DNA of 64,000 bases from the human T2T-CHM13v2.0 reference genome, Homo sapiens. A program made the position numbers and the translations under genes. Below the pieces are notes generated by a model that saw only the letters and a list, made by a program, of their open reading frames with translations, was not told where the DNA came from and made no database searches. The stretch lies in assembly GCF_009914755.1 (NCBI RefSeq), contig NC_060947.1. One strand, 5' to 3'. Shown in pieces: positions 49,330 through 64,000 of this stretch. Positions within the stretch are counted from its first letter, which is position 1; each line of letters opens with the position of its first letter.

Positions 49330-49966
49330 GTCCCTAAAGTTTCACAATTTCACTGAAAAATCACTGAAATGAGGCAGATTGATTAAAAGCAGAAAAGGCA
49401 TACAAGTTTACTTAAAGTATATATATGGGAGCCTTCAGAATTAAGACCCAAAGGAGGAATTGCCTATTTTATGCTTAGGTTCAACAAAGTATGGACAGCC
49501 CAGCTGTGCAGAAATATGATTGGCCAAAAAGAATATATTCTAAAGCTGACAGACTGAGTGGGGAAACCTAGCAAGGCCTGTCTGCCTATTAAATAGATTC
49601 TTCTAGGCCTCTCTGAGCCTGTATTCCTTCCTTCTGACTGTGGGGCAGGGCCCTCTCTGGAATGGGGGTCTTAAGACCTACAGTCAAACAAGGTAGGTTA
49701 GATCATTTCTTTGTGTCCAGTTTTTACACAGAAAGGCAGAGGGGAAATTAGAGTAATATTTTTAGGTCTTATGGCTGGCTTTCAGGAAAAGGGGTTCTGG
49801 CTTCTGTGATCCTCCTTGGGGAAGAGGGATTCTAGTTTCTACGGCTAGCCTTGGAGGAGAATGGGACAGAGAGACAGGAGGGCAGGACAAAGTCAGTGCA
49901 AAACTTCTGCTTCTGAGGCTGCTGCTGAGGCCTTCATTTGGGGGTATTGTTTTCTGAGCCCCAACA
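49330..49966 (-). mobile_element. ERV1 LTR (MER31/MER39 group)
   Basis: Reverse strand begins tgttggggctcagaaaacaatacccccaaatgaaggcctc. Confidence 0.65.
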
Positions 49967-51567
49967 TAGGTAAGGATGGATCTGAAAAAAGATAATCCAT
50001 ATGTAAAAACAGGAACATGGAACTCCACCTCGTGCTATACATAAAAATCGATTCCATATGAATTAAGAACTTTAATACCAAAAACAAAACTAAAACTCTT
50101 AGTAAAAAATGTAGATGAATATATTTTACATATTCTTAAACAGGACACAGAAATCATTGACTACAAAATTCAAGATTGATACATTTGGCTGTATTAAAAT
50201 TTACAAATTTGTCCATCAAAACACCCCTCAAAGAGCAAAAAGGCAAGTTATAAACAAGATATTCAAAATATACAAAACAAATGATTAGTATAAGGAGTAT
50301 TTTTTTAAACCCATAGAATTCTATTTTTTAAAAAAGGACAACCAACCAACAGAAAATGGGCAAAATAAATGAAAAGCTATTTCACAGTACAGGAAAGACA
50401 TATGACCAACAGACATCTGAAGAAAGGTTAACATCATTCGTGATCAGGGGAATGTAAATCAAGAAAGACTTCATCGAAATACCTTTTTAAACACACTTGG
50501 TCAAAATTTTTAAATTTGACAGTACTGTTTTGGAGGGCACATAGATTCATAGGATCTCCTATACATGTCAATGGAAACAGAAATGATAAATCGGTTTGAA
50601 CACTGACATACTATACAACCCAGCAATTCCATTTTCAAGTATATACACAAGAGAAATCCTTGCACAAGTACAAGAGACATGTATAATAATGATAGTAGTG
50701 CTATTCCCAAGAGAAAAAGGAGGAGGGGGGAATGAAAATGGCTATCAGTGAGAAAGTGAATAAAGATGGTATATTCACATGATGCAAGATAACACAGCCA
50801 TCCAAAAGAATGAACCACAGTTTTACATAACAATTTGGATGAATCTTAGCAATTTAATTTTAACTAATAAAATATAAAAATTACCACAGTTAAATAAAAC
50901 ATAGTGTATGTATTACTTTTTTTAATGTTCAAAACAAGGAATAAGGAAATAAGATTTTGAAACGTACGGCTTGAAAACTGGCTACTGGCTTGAAGGTGTT
51001 TTAGTAACATTGTTTTAGTAACACATGACAATCAGATTTGCATATTAGAAAGAATGGTTTAGGTACAGTGTGGAGGACTAACTAATTTAAGTTGAAGAAA
51101 ACTTGAGACAGAGAGATCATTTAGAAAACTACTGACAGGTCCAGTTAAAGGTAAGGAATAGAGGAGAATCTGAACAATGACATTGAGAATAGAAAGGAAT
51201 GAAACTGATCTGAAAGCTATTCAAAGAGTTATGACCAACAGGCCTTAGTCCCTCACTAGATATAGAGGCTGAGGGAAAGGGAAGAGTGGAGAATAACTCC
51301 CAAGTTTTAGATCTGGGTGACAAGGGGGCCTAGGGTGAATAACGAGAGTTCATTATTTGACATATTGAGTTTGAGGAGACTCTGAGATATCAGCATTCAT
51401 GTAGTTTCCTCCATCTAAGAATAACTATAAAATCTGATGCCTCCTCTCTAAAGGCCAATCCTCCAACTTCTTTATAAAGCCCCCCTCTGCTGTTCAAACG
51501 ACCAAATCAAATGTTATCCCTCCCTCTTTGAACCTATGCTGCACTTTCCATTTATCTTACTCTAACC

Positions 51568-51968
51568 CAGGGTTTCTCAACCTTGGCACCATGGACATTT
51601 TAGACAAGTTAAGTCTTTGTTGTATGGGGCTGTCCTTTTCAATGTAGGATGCTTGGCAGCATCCCTTGCCTCTACCCACTAGATGTCAGTAGCAACCCCC
51701 AAATTGTGATAATCAAAAATGTCTTCAGCCAGGTGTGGTGCTGCAGGACTATAGTCCAAGCTACTCAGCAGGCTGAGACAGGAGGATCACTTGAGCCCCC
51801 GAGTTAGAGCCTGTGAACAGCCACTATATTCCAGCCCAGGCAACATAGCCAGGGCAACATAGCAAGGCCTTGTCTCTTAAAAAAAAAAAAAAAAGTCTCC
51901 AGATACTGTCAAATATCCTCTGGAGGCAACCTCTCCAACCCTACCCTTCCCCACAATGAGAACTACTG
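51568..51968. mobile_element. MER20 interrupted by an Alu monomer-like element (51727-51893)
   Basis: cagggtttctcaaccttggcac...tgagaactactg. Confidence 0.8.
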
Positions 51969-54900
51969 ATCTAGGATATAATAGGTATATGAGTTCTTAT
52001 TTTAAACCATTATGAAATCATTAACTCACTGAAAGCAGCAACTTTACAACCTTTACAAAATATCTATATGACAAATCCATTCTTACATACTCATTAAGGT
52101 AGTTTAAGGACACAGTCATCTATGTTTAATTTACTATTTCTAATTCACAAAAACCTTTAAATGTAATTATTTCCCATTGACATAGACATCCCCAACCAAG
52201 TAGCTCAAAATACTAAGGATTTACGTATTGCAATTATTTTTTTAAGAAGTGAAAAACTCTAGACTATACATACTAGATTCTCTTAGGAACATAATCATTA
52301 ACAAAAAGCCATTTCTGAGTGAAATCCAAATTCACAAATGTTCTAGAATCAGTTCATCTCCATATGGTTCAAAGAAAAGTTTATGTCACAGTTATCTTAT
52401 ACCTGTCTCTTGTCACCTTGAATCTCTAATATTCTACTGAGACAAGTAATTAATCTAAAAATAAAGTGACAACATTCTCTGTCACAAATTAGAAAAGACT
52501 ACACAGAATCAAGTGTTCCTGAAAAGGAAAGAACTTACTTTCCTATTTGGAAAAAACTTTTCCTCAAAGAATTTGATATAAAAAATACATTAGAAAATAT
52601 CTACTGTTGAATTATCCATTACAGTCCATTGACAGGTATTCTGTTAATGGAATGCTATCTATTTACATGAAACAAGAGAAATGTAAAGATTAAACATTAC
52701 AGTTTGACCTTTAGCAGATTGAGTGCACTAGCTGAAAGTGAGAGTAAACATAAACTTACATTGTTATTAAATTGGCTTATACAGTTTTCTTTAATTACAT
52801 TAAATGGTTCCCTGGCGTGTAAGGTATTTTTTTTTCTGTAAATGAGAAGCAGACAACCCTTTCTGAAACTTTCCAGATAACTGATTATAAGAGTATTACA
52901 ATGTTTTAAGAAGCACCCAAATACACTCAAAGTGTAGAGAAAAAAAGAAAACTAAAAGATTTCCCTTTCTAGGTCATGATGATCACTAGCCTCTGCAGAA
53001 TGGGGAGGTGTGTATCATGCAGTTAAGGCATCTCACAGAGTGGGCTGCTAGGCTGGGCTGGGAGAACAAGATGCCTCTTTTGCAAAGTTTCACTGTGTGC
53101 CTAGGAACTTAAACAAATGGCACCTCCCAGCAAATCAATTTTGTAAGTCTTCAATTATCTTTATTTGTAGTAAGTGTCCCTAGCATTACTTCTTATGTTC
53201 TCAGTGAGGTTCTGGATCTTGTCTACCTTCATGCCAAATAAATGCTTCAGAATTTATATCACAAATAATCTAAATTGAAATATTAAATTTAAACCTTAAG
53301 CAAAAGTATTCCACTAACCCCAATTTTAAAACATCCCAATCAACCACTTCTGTTCTTATACCTGTCATGCAACAAATACCTAACCTAACTTTTCAGGAAG
53401 CTTTCTCAAACTAAATTAATCCCCTCTAAAATTAAGCCTTATGCCACAGTTCCAGATCTCTTATGTGTACAGTATATTAAAATATATTATTTTGAATACT
53501 ATTATATATTATAGTGAAATTCTTTTCTAATGGTTATATTACTGTATACATTTGACTATTGTATAAATCCTTTAAGTACAAAAACCATGTCTCTTTTTAT
53601 TAGCCATAATCATGTTTCCAAAGTAGGAGTTCAATAAATGCTTGCTTAATGAATCTATTCTAAAACCATAAGAGAGGCATGATAGCTATGCAAATACACA
53701 CAAAACAAAACACACCATACCACAAACAAAAAGTATATAACCTACGAAGTTAAATAAGCATTGAATTTTCAGAATAAATAACCTATTTATTGGCATGGTG
53801 TTTAATAACTGCTTTTTTATAAAGAGAGAATGTGTTACACTGGAAATAACATTAGGATAGCACTGGAGTTGAAAAACCTAGGCTCTGACCCACACACTCT
53901 GCCAGACTCACCATTTAACTTTGGACAAATCACTTAACCTGTCTCTCAACCACAACGAGCAATTACTATGTACTCTGCCAAGCTCACAGGGTTATTATTA
54001 GGATACAATAGGATAATATATATGAAAGTACTTAAAAATGTATAAAGAGCTGTATAAATGGTATTATCTTAATGATGAATGTACCCTTCAATTAAAGATA
54101 ACATTTTATTTTAAATGAAAGAAATTAAGGGATAAGTATGCTGTAGAACTTATCACTGAATAAATCAGTACAAGGTTCAGTAATTCAGATTCAATCTATA
54201 GCAATTAAAATATGAGTCAACTGTCAAAAATGTGCTTCACATTCGATTTTTCAGGAAGACATTTATTAAATGAAGCAAGGCAGATATTTGAATAAGGCCA
54301 CAAAATCACAATCATGAGCTCATTCCACTAAATGCACTGAGAGGACCTTCACCTCACAAAATCAAATGCTGTGTTTATCTGGCTCCATTTTACAACCTGA
54401 TACAATGCACCATGCCCTACAGTTGAAAAGGTGAACCAGCACATGTAGGAAATACTAGAGTTGACTCCTGGTTTACAGGAAAACACGTGATTATCCAGGA
54501 CACGGCAGAATCTGATGTAAGAATTCCTAAATCTGTTTCACAGACCTACTGCTCATGTACATAAACAGGTATAAAGAAGCAGAGGGAGCAGCAGCAAGTA
54601 CGCTGAAACATATCCACTTATTTGTAGCACTGGTGACAGAGTCAACTATGCAAGGTTTCAGGATTTGTTTGGGTAACAATTAAATTCACTTTCAAGTCAA
54701 CAAATTATCATAGTATCCAGATGGACCAAAAAGTTCTATGCAATTTCCCTTCATCTTGTCAAATCTATCTACAGACCATCTCGGAGAAGACATTACAGCA
54801 AGAGTCAGCTACTTTACTGAAATGGGTTACCAACTTTCTGATCACTGTTTTATGTCCTTATGTGGGTGAAAATTTTAATCAAGGAGTATCTGGAAGGGAG

Positions 54901-55421
54901 ATCTACTCAAAAAGGTCATGAATCTCCAATCACCAATTGGAGATTCAAGTAAATTAGCAAACTCCCCCTTTTAAATGTTAATCTCCTAGAGAGGCTGCCA
55001 TAATCATTTACCTGAGCTCTATCCCAATAAAGTAAGAGGAGTGAGGTTGAAGAGAGAAAGAGAAAGGAGAAAAGTGTGATGGGGACAAAGGGAGGAGGCA
55101 AGTGAAGAACAGACACTAGAAATGCAGAGAGAGGTAAAAAGACACCAAAGATAAACTCTGCAAACAGCTGCCTAAAATACATTTTCCCTCATAGGAAGCC
55201 TGTTAGCAGAGAAAAGATTTTGCTGCTACATGTTTAGGGGGCATCATTTTCTTCACGTAAATTTATCAAACAATTTGAAACAATTTTTGAGTATTTAGTT
55301 CCTAGTTTTGGTTTTGACTTTCTTGACAAGTGGCTTTAAGGTTAATAACTAAACTTTTATCAATGTTCTTATTCACTCAAAGAACAAATATTTCTTGAGT
55401 GCTTAAAAAATAAACAATTTT

Positions 55422-55597
55422 AGGGTTTCTCAGCCCTGAGTGCATATTAGAATTACCTGGGAAGATTTTTTTTCCTTAAGTTCCTTGGCCCCTGAGATTC
55501 TGATTTAATTGGTCTAGGGTGGGATCCAGGCAGGGTTGAAAAAACAAACAAAAAATCTCCCTTGCAATTGTAATGTGCAGCCAGGGTGGAGAACCAG
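55422..55597. mobile_element. MER5A
   Basis: ggtttctcagccctgagtgcatattagaattacctggg...aatgtgcagccagggtggagaacca. Confidence 0.78.
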
Positions 55598-58099
55598 GGG
55601 TCTATTTCATCTTAATGTAAAAAAACCTTCCCCCATTTATTTTGAAATGTATTAATTTCTCCTTATTCAATATTGTTTCACCCAGATTCTCACCACCTCT
55701 CACCTAGATTAACATTAACCGCTTCTTAGCTATTTTCCCTTCCTCTTGTCTCTTCCTAATGCAATAAGGAATGCTTGTCTAACTAATCGGTTTGGTTCTG
55801 AAACAGTATTCCACTGAGTCATTTTAAGTATAACAAGATCACCAAACAGATCATTTTCATCAAATAGAGAATATACTGTATGTGTGTTCCTGTATGTATG
55901 TGTGTGTATGTATGTACATATGTATGTATAATCTCAAACACACTCTATTTTTCTTCAGTTCCAATGTACCTGCCGTCATTTACACATAATGAATAGTGGT
56001 CTCTCTACATTAAAAAATACTGCCCCTAAAAATTTCGTGGCTAAATTTTATCAAAAACAAATGGCAAATGAGTCACCCAAAGATATCTAATTTAAATGAA
56101 AAAAAAGAGCAGCACAAGATCTTGTTTACTCTGATTTTTGAAATGTTCCCACAAGAAATGCTCATTCAACTGAAGAGAAAAAGTAAAATGAAACTTATGA
56201 TGAATGAATGTTTACCATGAACAGATATGGTTCTGCTTTGTGTTGAAGCTTGCCTCAGAAAACCAACTGAAGGCTTAAAAGCCAAAGGCTGTAACTGCAT
56301 CAGATGATATTCATATTTATGAGAAATATTATCAAATACAATAAAGGGGATATATAATAAGAAGACTGAACAAGTATATGGCTTACACCCTGCCTTTTAA
56401 GGGGCTCTATTTCTTCTCAGGGATAGCAAGACAGAAACATAAAAAGAAAATAAAACCAGCACTGCCAAGTAAGTGGTAAAGACAATAAGTACCATGGGAA
56501 TTCAAAGAAACAGGAGATTCTTGTGGACTAAGGGAGTTGGAGACAATTTCTTGGAAGAGCTGGGGCTTCAATAAAATTAAATAGACGGAGAAAAGAGGGA
56601 AATCCCAAGCATACAGATGATCTTGTACAAAGATGAGGCAGAAATGCACAAAATGTATTTGAGAGACAGAGAGTTGACCTAGTTGGAAGAGAGGATTCTA
56701 TGTGGGAGCATTTTGGGGAATAAGGTTGCAACAATAAAGTGGAGCCCAACAATGAAAGTCCTGAATGCCAAGCTAGGATGCTTAAACTTTGTCCTGCAGG
56801 TAGAAGGATCCTTTATAGGTTAGAAAGAACAATAAGAAAAAAAAAAAAAAGAGGAAGAAGAAGAAAAGAAAAAAATCACTATAATGATGCAGTCTGAAAC
56901 TGTTTTACTTGAAGCCTTTGAAGAACACACCAAGTTGCATAATATCTTGCTAACAGTCATGAATATGTGAACATATTATTTAGGAAATCTGTTCTGAGTG
57001 AAGGAGTAAATACTCCAACATGCTTTACAAAATATAAAATCAGTGGTCGATTACACATTCATAGTTCTTAGGATCATTGCTAAAAGAATCACTGGGTGGA
57101 AAGCTTCAATTTTAGGTTTTCCTCCTCTCCCCACTTTGTTCCAACACAAATACCTTGATTTAAGATCTAAAAACTGAATACATCTGAAATTGTCTTGTTT
57201 TGAAAATAAGTGGTATTTTACTACTCCTCATTATGGGTGAATTTACTTACTATATTGTTTCAAAATGACGACATCTATTAAAATAATTTTGTCCAGATTT
57301 ATTTCAGCAAAGCAGATGAAAACAGAAATAAATAACAAATTTAAAGATTATAAAAAGTAAAAAAAAACCTTTCATCAAATCAAGACATATCTAAAATAAT
57401 CCAGCATTGGTTTATAAGAGAGTGTGTCCCTAACAAAAAATGCCAGCCACAACAAAGACTACCAGAGAGTATATGAAGAACATTACAATAGCCAATTTCT
57501 CACCCAAAGTGATAAACCTTTAATCCACAACTCCATAAAGAATGGAGATAATTTTTTCTCAAAAATACCCTTAAAATTGTTGGCTTTCTACTATAAAAAT
57601 TAAGACTCTAAGATAACTCAAAACAAGGATTAGCTTTCTTCTAGTAAGCAGACATGTAAGTGATTGATGATTTAATTTACCACTGCAGCAAATACTAATT
57701 TAACCACCACTACCTTCTCAACACCAGGAAAATGAAAAATCTCAGTCTTTAAAGGCATACGTGACAAGAAAGAAGCCAAGAATATCGTAGGATGATTAAA
57801 CCACACAGAAAAACCATGGCAATCCTGCTGCTGTACTCTGAAAAAGGATATGCCATTCTTTCAGGCACGTATGCCTTTAAGGAATATGTAGAGATTATGA
57901 TTTTTGTGTTTCGTTTAGTTTGGTTGGGTTTGGTTTTCCGGGAAAGACGGGAAGATCCAGGAGAGTTGAAAGAAGTGCATTAAGGAAGGTGTCAATGCCT
58001 CCCTCCCACCCAAACTGGGGAAACTTGCTTTAACAATGATGCTCTTTCACCCCTAACATCCTACCAGTTTCTATACATCCTTCAGGCAGCATTCCTCCC

Positions 58100-58770
58100 C
58101 TCCCCTATTGCTTGATTCGCCCCTCACGTTCAGGAGAACGGGCTGCCCCGACTTTGTTAGTCTGGCGGTCCCCGCGCACCCGCCCAGACCCGCAGAGTCC
58201 AACAACGCAGCCACGCAGCCACCCACTCCCCGCACCTCCTCCTTCACAGCCAGCTTCCCCTCCCCCCGTCCTGTCACCTGCTTGGGTGGTGTCCGTCAGG
58301 TCGTAGCCGCTGCCCGGGAAGTCTCGGAGTTTCCGACCACTGAGGCTCAGGATGCCGGAGCTGCCCGCCTCTTCCAGGGCCCGGTCCAGGCTCCTCACGG
58401 TGTGCTGAGGCTGCAGGCTCCCCGGGTTCCACGGCGGCCCGTTGGGGAACGGCTGACCGAAAAGAGTCGGTACCGGGATGGGAACCACCAGGGTCCCGCC
58501 GCCGCCGCCGCCTCCCCCTCCAGCCCCGCCACCTCCCCCTCCAGCCGTGCCACAGCCACCGCTACTTCCACCTCCACCACAACCGCCGCCCCCACTGTTA
58601 CCGCCTCCTCCCTGACTCGCCGCCATGTTCCTGGGAGAGAGAATAGCCCCCGACAATACTGTCAGCCTGTGCCGCGAGTGTAAGGGGTTCTTAGGACGCA
58701 TGCGCAGACTGGGGGCGGGGGGTGGGGGGCGAGGTAGAGAGTGGGAAGGAACCAGGGGGCGGGCTGGGAG
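58100..58770 (-). promoter_or_regulatory. LRCH2: LRCH2 CpG island / promoter with NRF1-like site and GC box
   Basis: GC- and CpG-rich island in AT-rich surroundings. ACGCATGCGCA (NRF1-like) at 58696-58706, GGGGCGGGG at 58712-58720, G-runs 58711-58770. Confidence 0.85.
58278..58626 (-). CDS. LRCH2: LRCH2 coding exon 1 (Gly-rich N-terminus and start of LRR region)
   Basis: ATG at 58626-58624. Encodes MAASQGGGGNSGGGG...RSLDRALEEAGSSGILSLSGRKLRDFPGSGYDLTDTTQA. Donor CAG|GTGACA at 58278/58277. 349 coding nt (phase 1). Confidence 0.96.
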
Positions 58771-61700
58771 GAGGTGTTGGATAGAGAAAAGATGATGTTT
58801 GAAAGTGCAGAACGCTTGCTTTAAGAAATGTATGATAAGAAGGATGCTAAATCCCGGTTCTGCTGCTTTGGGTACCAAAGTCTTGCGAAACGACACCAGG
58901 CGAACTATAGGTCATCTGGGCTGTATGTCCCCAACTCTCTAAGTTGCTTCACTGTTTCCGTTCTGCAAAACAGAAACAAATATATGAGCTAGGGATGAAA
59001 GGGATTCGTTTCAGAATATACAGAAACAGCACTTAGAAGGGCTATGGGGCAGCTTATTGAGAAGCTTACTGCAAATGCCTCAGGAATCCTTTACCAGTGT
59101 TAGAGAAACGCTGGGGAGTCACTTGGGGAGGGAAATGAGTGCAGTGTTGAGTTTGGGGCATATATGAATTTCTCCATAGTTTAGAATTCTATAATAGGAA
59201 AAGATTTGTAAAATGTTTTCAAGGAAGCCTCTCGTTTCAATGTATGTAAGTCTCAGCCAGACTGTTGCCTTCCAAAACTTGGAAGAGTTATCCACATTCT
59301 GTTCTATCACTCTTTGAAGTTGTGCCAAGATCTCCAAAATACCTCTAGTTTCTTCTCATCGTGTCAGTACTGCCTGATGAAAATCTCTTTGATCATCAAA
59401 CAATCTTAAGTTATTTCTGAAATACAGGTTTTGTTTTTAGATGGAATTCTGAAGATTTAACCCTGGGTATTATGAAGCCAATCGATCTTGAATTTTAGGA
59501 GTTCATTCTCAGAACCTGAAGATATTTTTAATGTAGAAGACATAGAGAAGAAAGTTCAAAGTCCTTTATCTGGCATTCCAGGCCTCCATAATTTAACCCC
59601 AGACTATCTAGCCGAGTTTATCACCCAACCATTTAGGCCACTGCCATCCCTTTACCCACTACCCTCTCCACTCTCAATCATAGTCATTCAAATCTTTTTC
59701 TCTAGTATTCAGTAAAGTTGATGAAGAAAACTATCAGAATGCTTGGACATATTCACTTATCATTGAGTATCCTATGTATCTCTTTTACACCTATTTCAAT
59801 TTGAGCAATGTGTCAACAGCCTCATTTTTTAAGAGAAATCTCCACTTCAAAAAAGTATATCTGCCATAGGCTCTACTTTATAAAAGATTACAGGAAAGAA
59901 TTACAACTTGTCTAAATTGATTTGTGGCTATACTGGTTAACTAAAATGATTATGTCATGAGAAATTACATTCACCATATGCATGACCCAGAAGGAAGAAA
60001 ACAGAGAATCAGACTCTGTATAGTGAATTAGCAAGTGAGATAAATTATTAAAACACACCGGTGTCAAAAAGGCATGTTGCACCTTATATCTCATCTTCCT
60101 TATATCTTAAATCAAATTATTAATTCATAATTCATAATTAATTGAGAACTTCAGAATTAAGATGAATGAGAAAGGACACTAAGTTCATTAGAGAAAAGAT
60201 TAGGAAAGAAAATATTTTAATAATTAGCCAATGAGAATTTTTGCAATTATTTAAAACAATGTATTGGACTCCAGGAAAAATATGTCCTATCAGGATACCT
60301 GTCCAGTGAAAAAAGGCATGTACAGCCAAATTTAAGAAGGAAAATAATTTTTCAAAAAGTTGAAAGATAATCTAAGAAAATGGGACGCTTATTAAGTAAG
60401 CTATGTATACCTTAAAATCAGACAAAATAACATGTTGTAGAGCTCTTTGACAAGAACACCAAGGCCAAAAGATTTAGAAGAGAGGGCATAAAGTTTAGAA
60501 ATTTATTCTGAACTTTTAACTCCCTGTGTAATACTTGGGAAAGTGGCTTAAAAGCTCAGTACTTCAGTGTCTTCATATGTAACAATGGAAAATAATAATA
60601 ATAATAATATTTTTAAAGTGCTTGCTACTTGCCAGGGAGTGCTTTGTATATACTTACTTGTCTATCGATCCTCATAACAACCTTGTAAAGTAGGTACTAT
60701 TATTCTTCCATTTTATAGATGAGGGAAAATAGTACATACCTACTATATGATTGTTGTAGGAATAAATAAAGTCATACATGTAAAGTGGCAGGCACATACC
60801 TGACATTCATTTATTCATTTAATAAGCATTTAAGGAGCAATTACTCTGTGCCAGAAACTCTCCATGCCAGTAATACTATAGCATTGGGCACTCAATAAGT
60901 GTTAATCTCTTTACTACACCTCTACTCCTTCAAAAACTAAAATAATAAAGAACATTCAAAATGTAGGACGCCAAGGAAAAAATTAGTAAATGTCCTGATA
61001 ACTGTGGGTAAAGACATTATCTGACATATTGCATGAAATTTTTGATTCAGTCTATACTAGAGGATATTTTACATTGATTACCACTGCAATGCAGTCCCTG
61101 AAATGACACATTGGTAACTGGTTGAATTACAGCCAGCAGTCAGAATTATCCAAGCCAAACTTATGAAATGTATGTTGGTAAGTCACCAACTATATGACAT
61201 ATACCAAAGATTATACAAGGAGAACAGAGGGAAAGTAGGGGAGTTTTGAACAAAACATGCAGCCTCTACTAAATCACTGGCAGACTCCAAATGTAGTTTC
61301 TGTTCAAAAGAACTCTAGAGAGGATTTCTGAAATTCCAGGCCAGTTTATAGTCACTGCTATTCCAAACAAACACTTATAAATATATGGAGAAAGAAAGGC
61401 ACAACCAAATGTCCAAAGCTACAAATTCTATTAAAGGTCAAGATTATTGGGCTAAAGTACAGGATGTTCTTACTAATCTGTAAATAAATCAAATGTGAGA
61501 TATGTTTTAGCTCAGGATCCAGAAAAAGGCAACCAACTTGGAGATTAAATAGCTCAAAGTATATTACGAATTTTTAAAAATCTTGATCAAGACCCAGGAA
61601 AAAAACATGAAAATCTCTGTAGTCTGTTTTTTGAAAACATCAGCTCAACTAAATGCTAACTTTAGGGGGAAAAACGAAATGTTGGGTGTCATCAAAACAT

Positions 61701-63036
61701 GTATGAAAAACCTGAGAAAACATGTTGGTTTACCCCATACTAAACTATTGGAGTGAGCTGCAGCTGGAATGAGATATGCAGTTCTGCTCACTCCAATCTC
61801 AGCACAGTCTTGAATTAGAGAAAGCCTTGAGAAATGCATACAAAATGATTAGAGATAAGGAGGAGGAAATTCACTTGGCCCTCCTCTGTCTAGTAACTTG
61901 ATCTTCAGTCTCTTCCAAAATCCCTGTTCTTTCATGGGGCCTTGTAAAGGACTATACATTAATGTGTTTTAGCATAATTTACCACATACTATATACAGCA
62001 TCTCTGATCCTCCTTCACCTATCTGTTCTTGATTCTGCCTTTTCAGATAATCCTTTGTCCTGCTTTAACCAATCCTAACAAATTAATTAATCCCAAAGTT
62101 AATATTTATTAACTCATAAAGCATTTGGACAAATGTATGAATGATCACTATTACTTAAAAGGAGCTATTACATACCTAGTCTTCAAGGTTGATGTCAACA
62201 AGCACTATTATGTTCCATCTCGGTTAGAATCTCTGCCCTGACATTTGAAAAATGTGAGATGTTAGACAAGTCACTTAACCTCTCAAAGTCTCAGATACCT
62301 CATCTATAAACCAGAGATCATTACATTATTAGCTATCTTTAGGAGTGTAGTGAGAATTATATGAGATAATTGTATTAAGTAACTAGCATATTAATGATTA
62401 TTTTCAATGGTTCTGGGTTCATTCTGTCAATAGGACACCTATCTGAGTGGACCATGAGTTAACAGCAGAGCAGTTCCTAAATTCTTCCATACTATTGAGC
62501 TACCAGCACTAATAGGCACTTCCTTTAGTGTCACTGTTGAGGTTATAGCCTTGTCAATTCACCCCAAGTTCCTGCCTCCCCTAATCATTGTGTTTTCACT
62601 ATAAACAGTTAACCTGACTCCAATTTCTGCTTACTGCCTCTAATGCAATCCCGGATTTTGACCTCTGTGTTTCCAGTATTTTAACCTGATATCATGAAAT
62701 TTATTTAAAATATATGTTCCATATCCTTCTTTAAAATATGTCCTAAATGTTTTTGTGTACACAACATCGGTCTGTTACAAATTTTGAAGTTTTCTTATTA
62801 GAGTAGTATGTAAAGATACAGAGATTGTTAAATTTTGCTAGTGTAGCTTGGTCAAAGGAAAGTAAGTAAAACATCACACAAAATTACTGTAAACCTGTTA
62901 TGTCCAATTAGAAAACATAATGTTGAGGAAGATTTTTAGTCTTCCTTAAGATTACATTGGAAAATCTCCTCTTCATATATAAACATGGAAACACACATGC
63001 TATGATGTATAAACATGGAAAAACACCTGTTTGGGA

Positions 63037-63600
<564 letters not shown>

Positions 63601-63809
63601 CATGACATATGCCCTTTTCGGCAAGTGTGTCTTTTATATTTTCCTCTTCTTGCAGTATGGGAGAGGGAACAATTAAATAGGGTCTTTTCAAGCGAAATCC
63701 AAATGCCTAAAAGTAAAACCTAAGTAATTATCGTACTACCTCTAAGCAGGCATAATAAAGTGCCCATAATAAAATGCCCATAATCCTAACAGGTTGGGAT
63801 GTGAAGGAG

Positions 63810-64000
63810 AGAAGATCCTTGAGCCCAGGAGTTCAAGACCAGCCCTGGCAATATAGTGAAACCCTGTCTCTACATAAAATTAAAAAAATAAAAATTTAGC
63901 CGGGAGCAGTGATGTGCACCTCTAGTCCCAGCTACTCAGGAGGCTGAGATGGGAGGATCTCTTAAGCCTGGAACTTCCAGGCTGAGTAAGCCTTAGCTGC
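63810..64000 (+). mobile_element. AluJ fragment running to the window end
   Basis: ttgagcccaggagttcaagaccagc. Confidence 0.85.

Noticed and set aside
58108-58683. 191-aa plus-strand ORF over the CpG island
   Set aside because: Non-ATG start, GC-rich stop depletion, antisense to LRCH2 exon 1.
58105-58896. 263-aa ORF extending LRCH2 exon 1 on both sides
   Set aside because: The upstream part runs through promoter motifs and the downstream part reads through the splice donor; only 58278-58626 is supported.
59900-61900. Apparently unique AT-rich sequence upstream of LRCH2, possibly an ancient element
   Set aside because: No motif, ORF or repeat family recognised apart from MIR pieces.

Overview
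Human (primate) genomic DNA, recognisable as Xq23. The window holds the 5' part of LRCH2 on the minus strand: a CpG-island promoter near 58.7 kb and coding exons 1-5 at 58626-58278, 12947-12803, 9116-8990, 4330-4225 and 4142-4006, all GT-AG and frame-consistent. The 45.3-kb intron 1 contains the intronless RBMXL3 retrogene on the opposite strand (14019-17249; RRM plus 17 Tyr/Gly/Ser/Arg repeats), an RPL36 processed pseudogene and a 5'-only RPL7 retrocopy fragment. The rest is mostly Alu, L1, L2, MIR, MaLR/ERV LTR and MER elements. I found no wholly new system. The most interesting signals are around RBMXL3. It looks like a retrocopy of the RBMXL2 retrogene that returned to the X. It landed inside an L2 that may supply a CRE-like promoter. 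It carries a hierarchical coding VNTR and a 27-bp in-frame duplication at codon 398. It also sits next to a candidate poison exon of LRCH2. Repeat subfamily names and reference-protein comparisons come from memory and need RepeatMasker/BLAST confirmation; repeat boundaries without a stated TSD are approximate.
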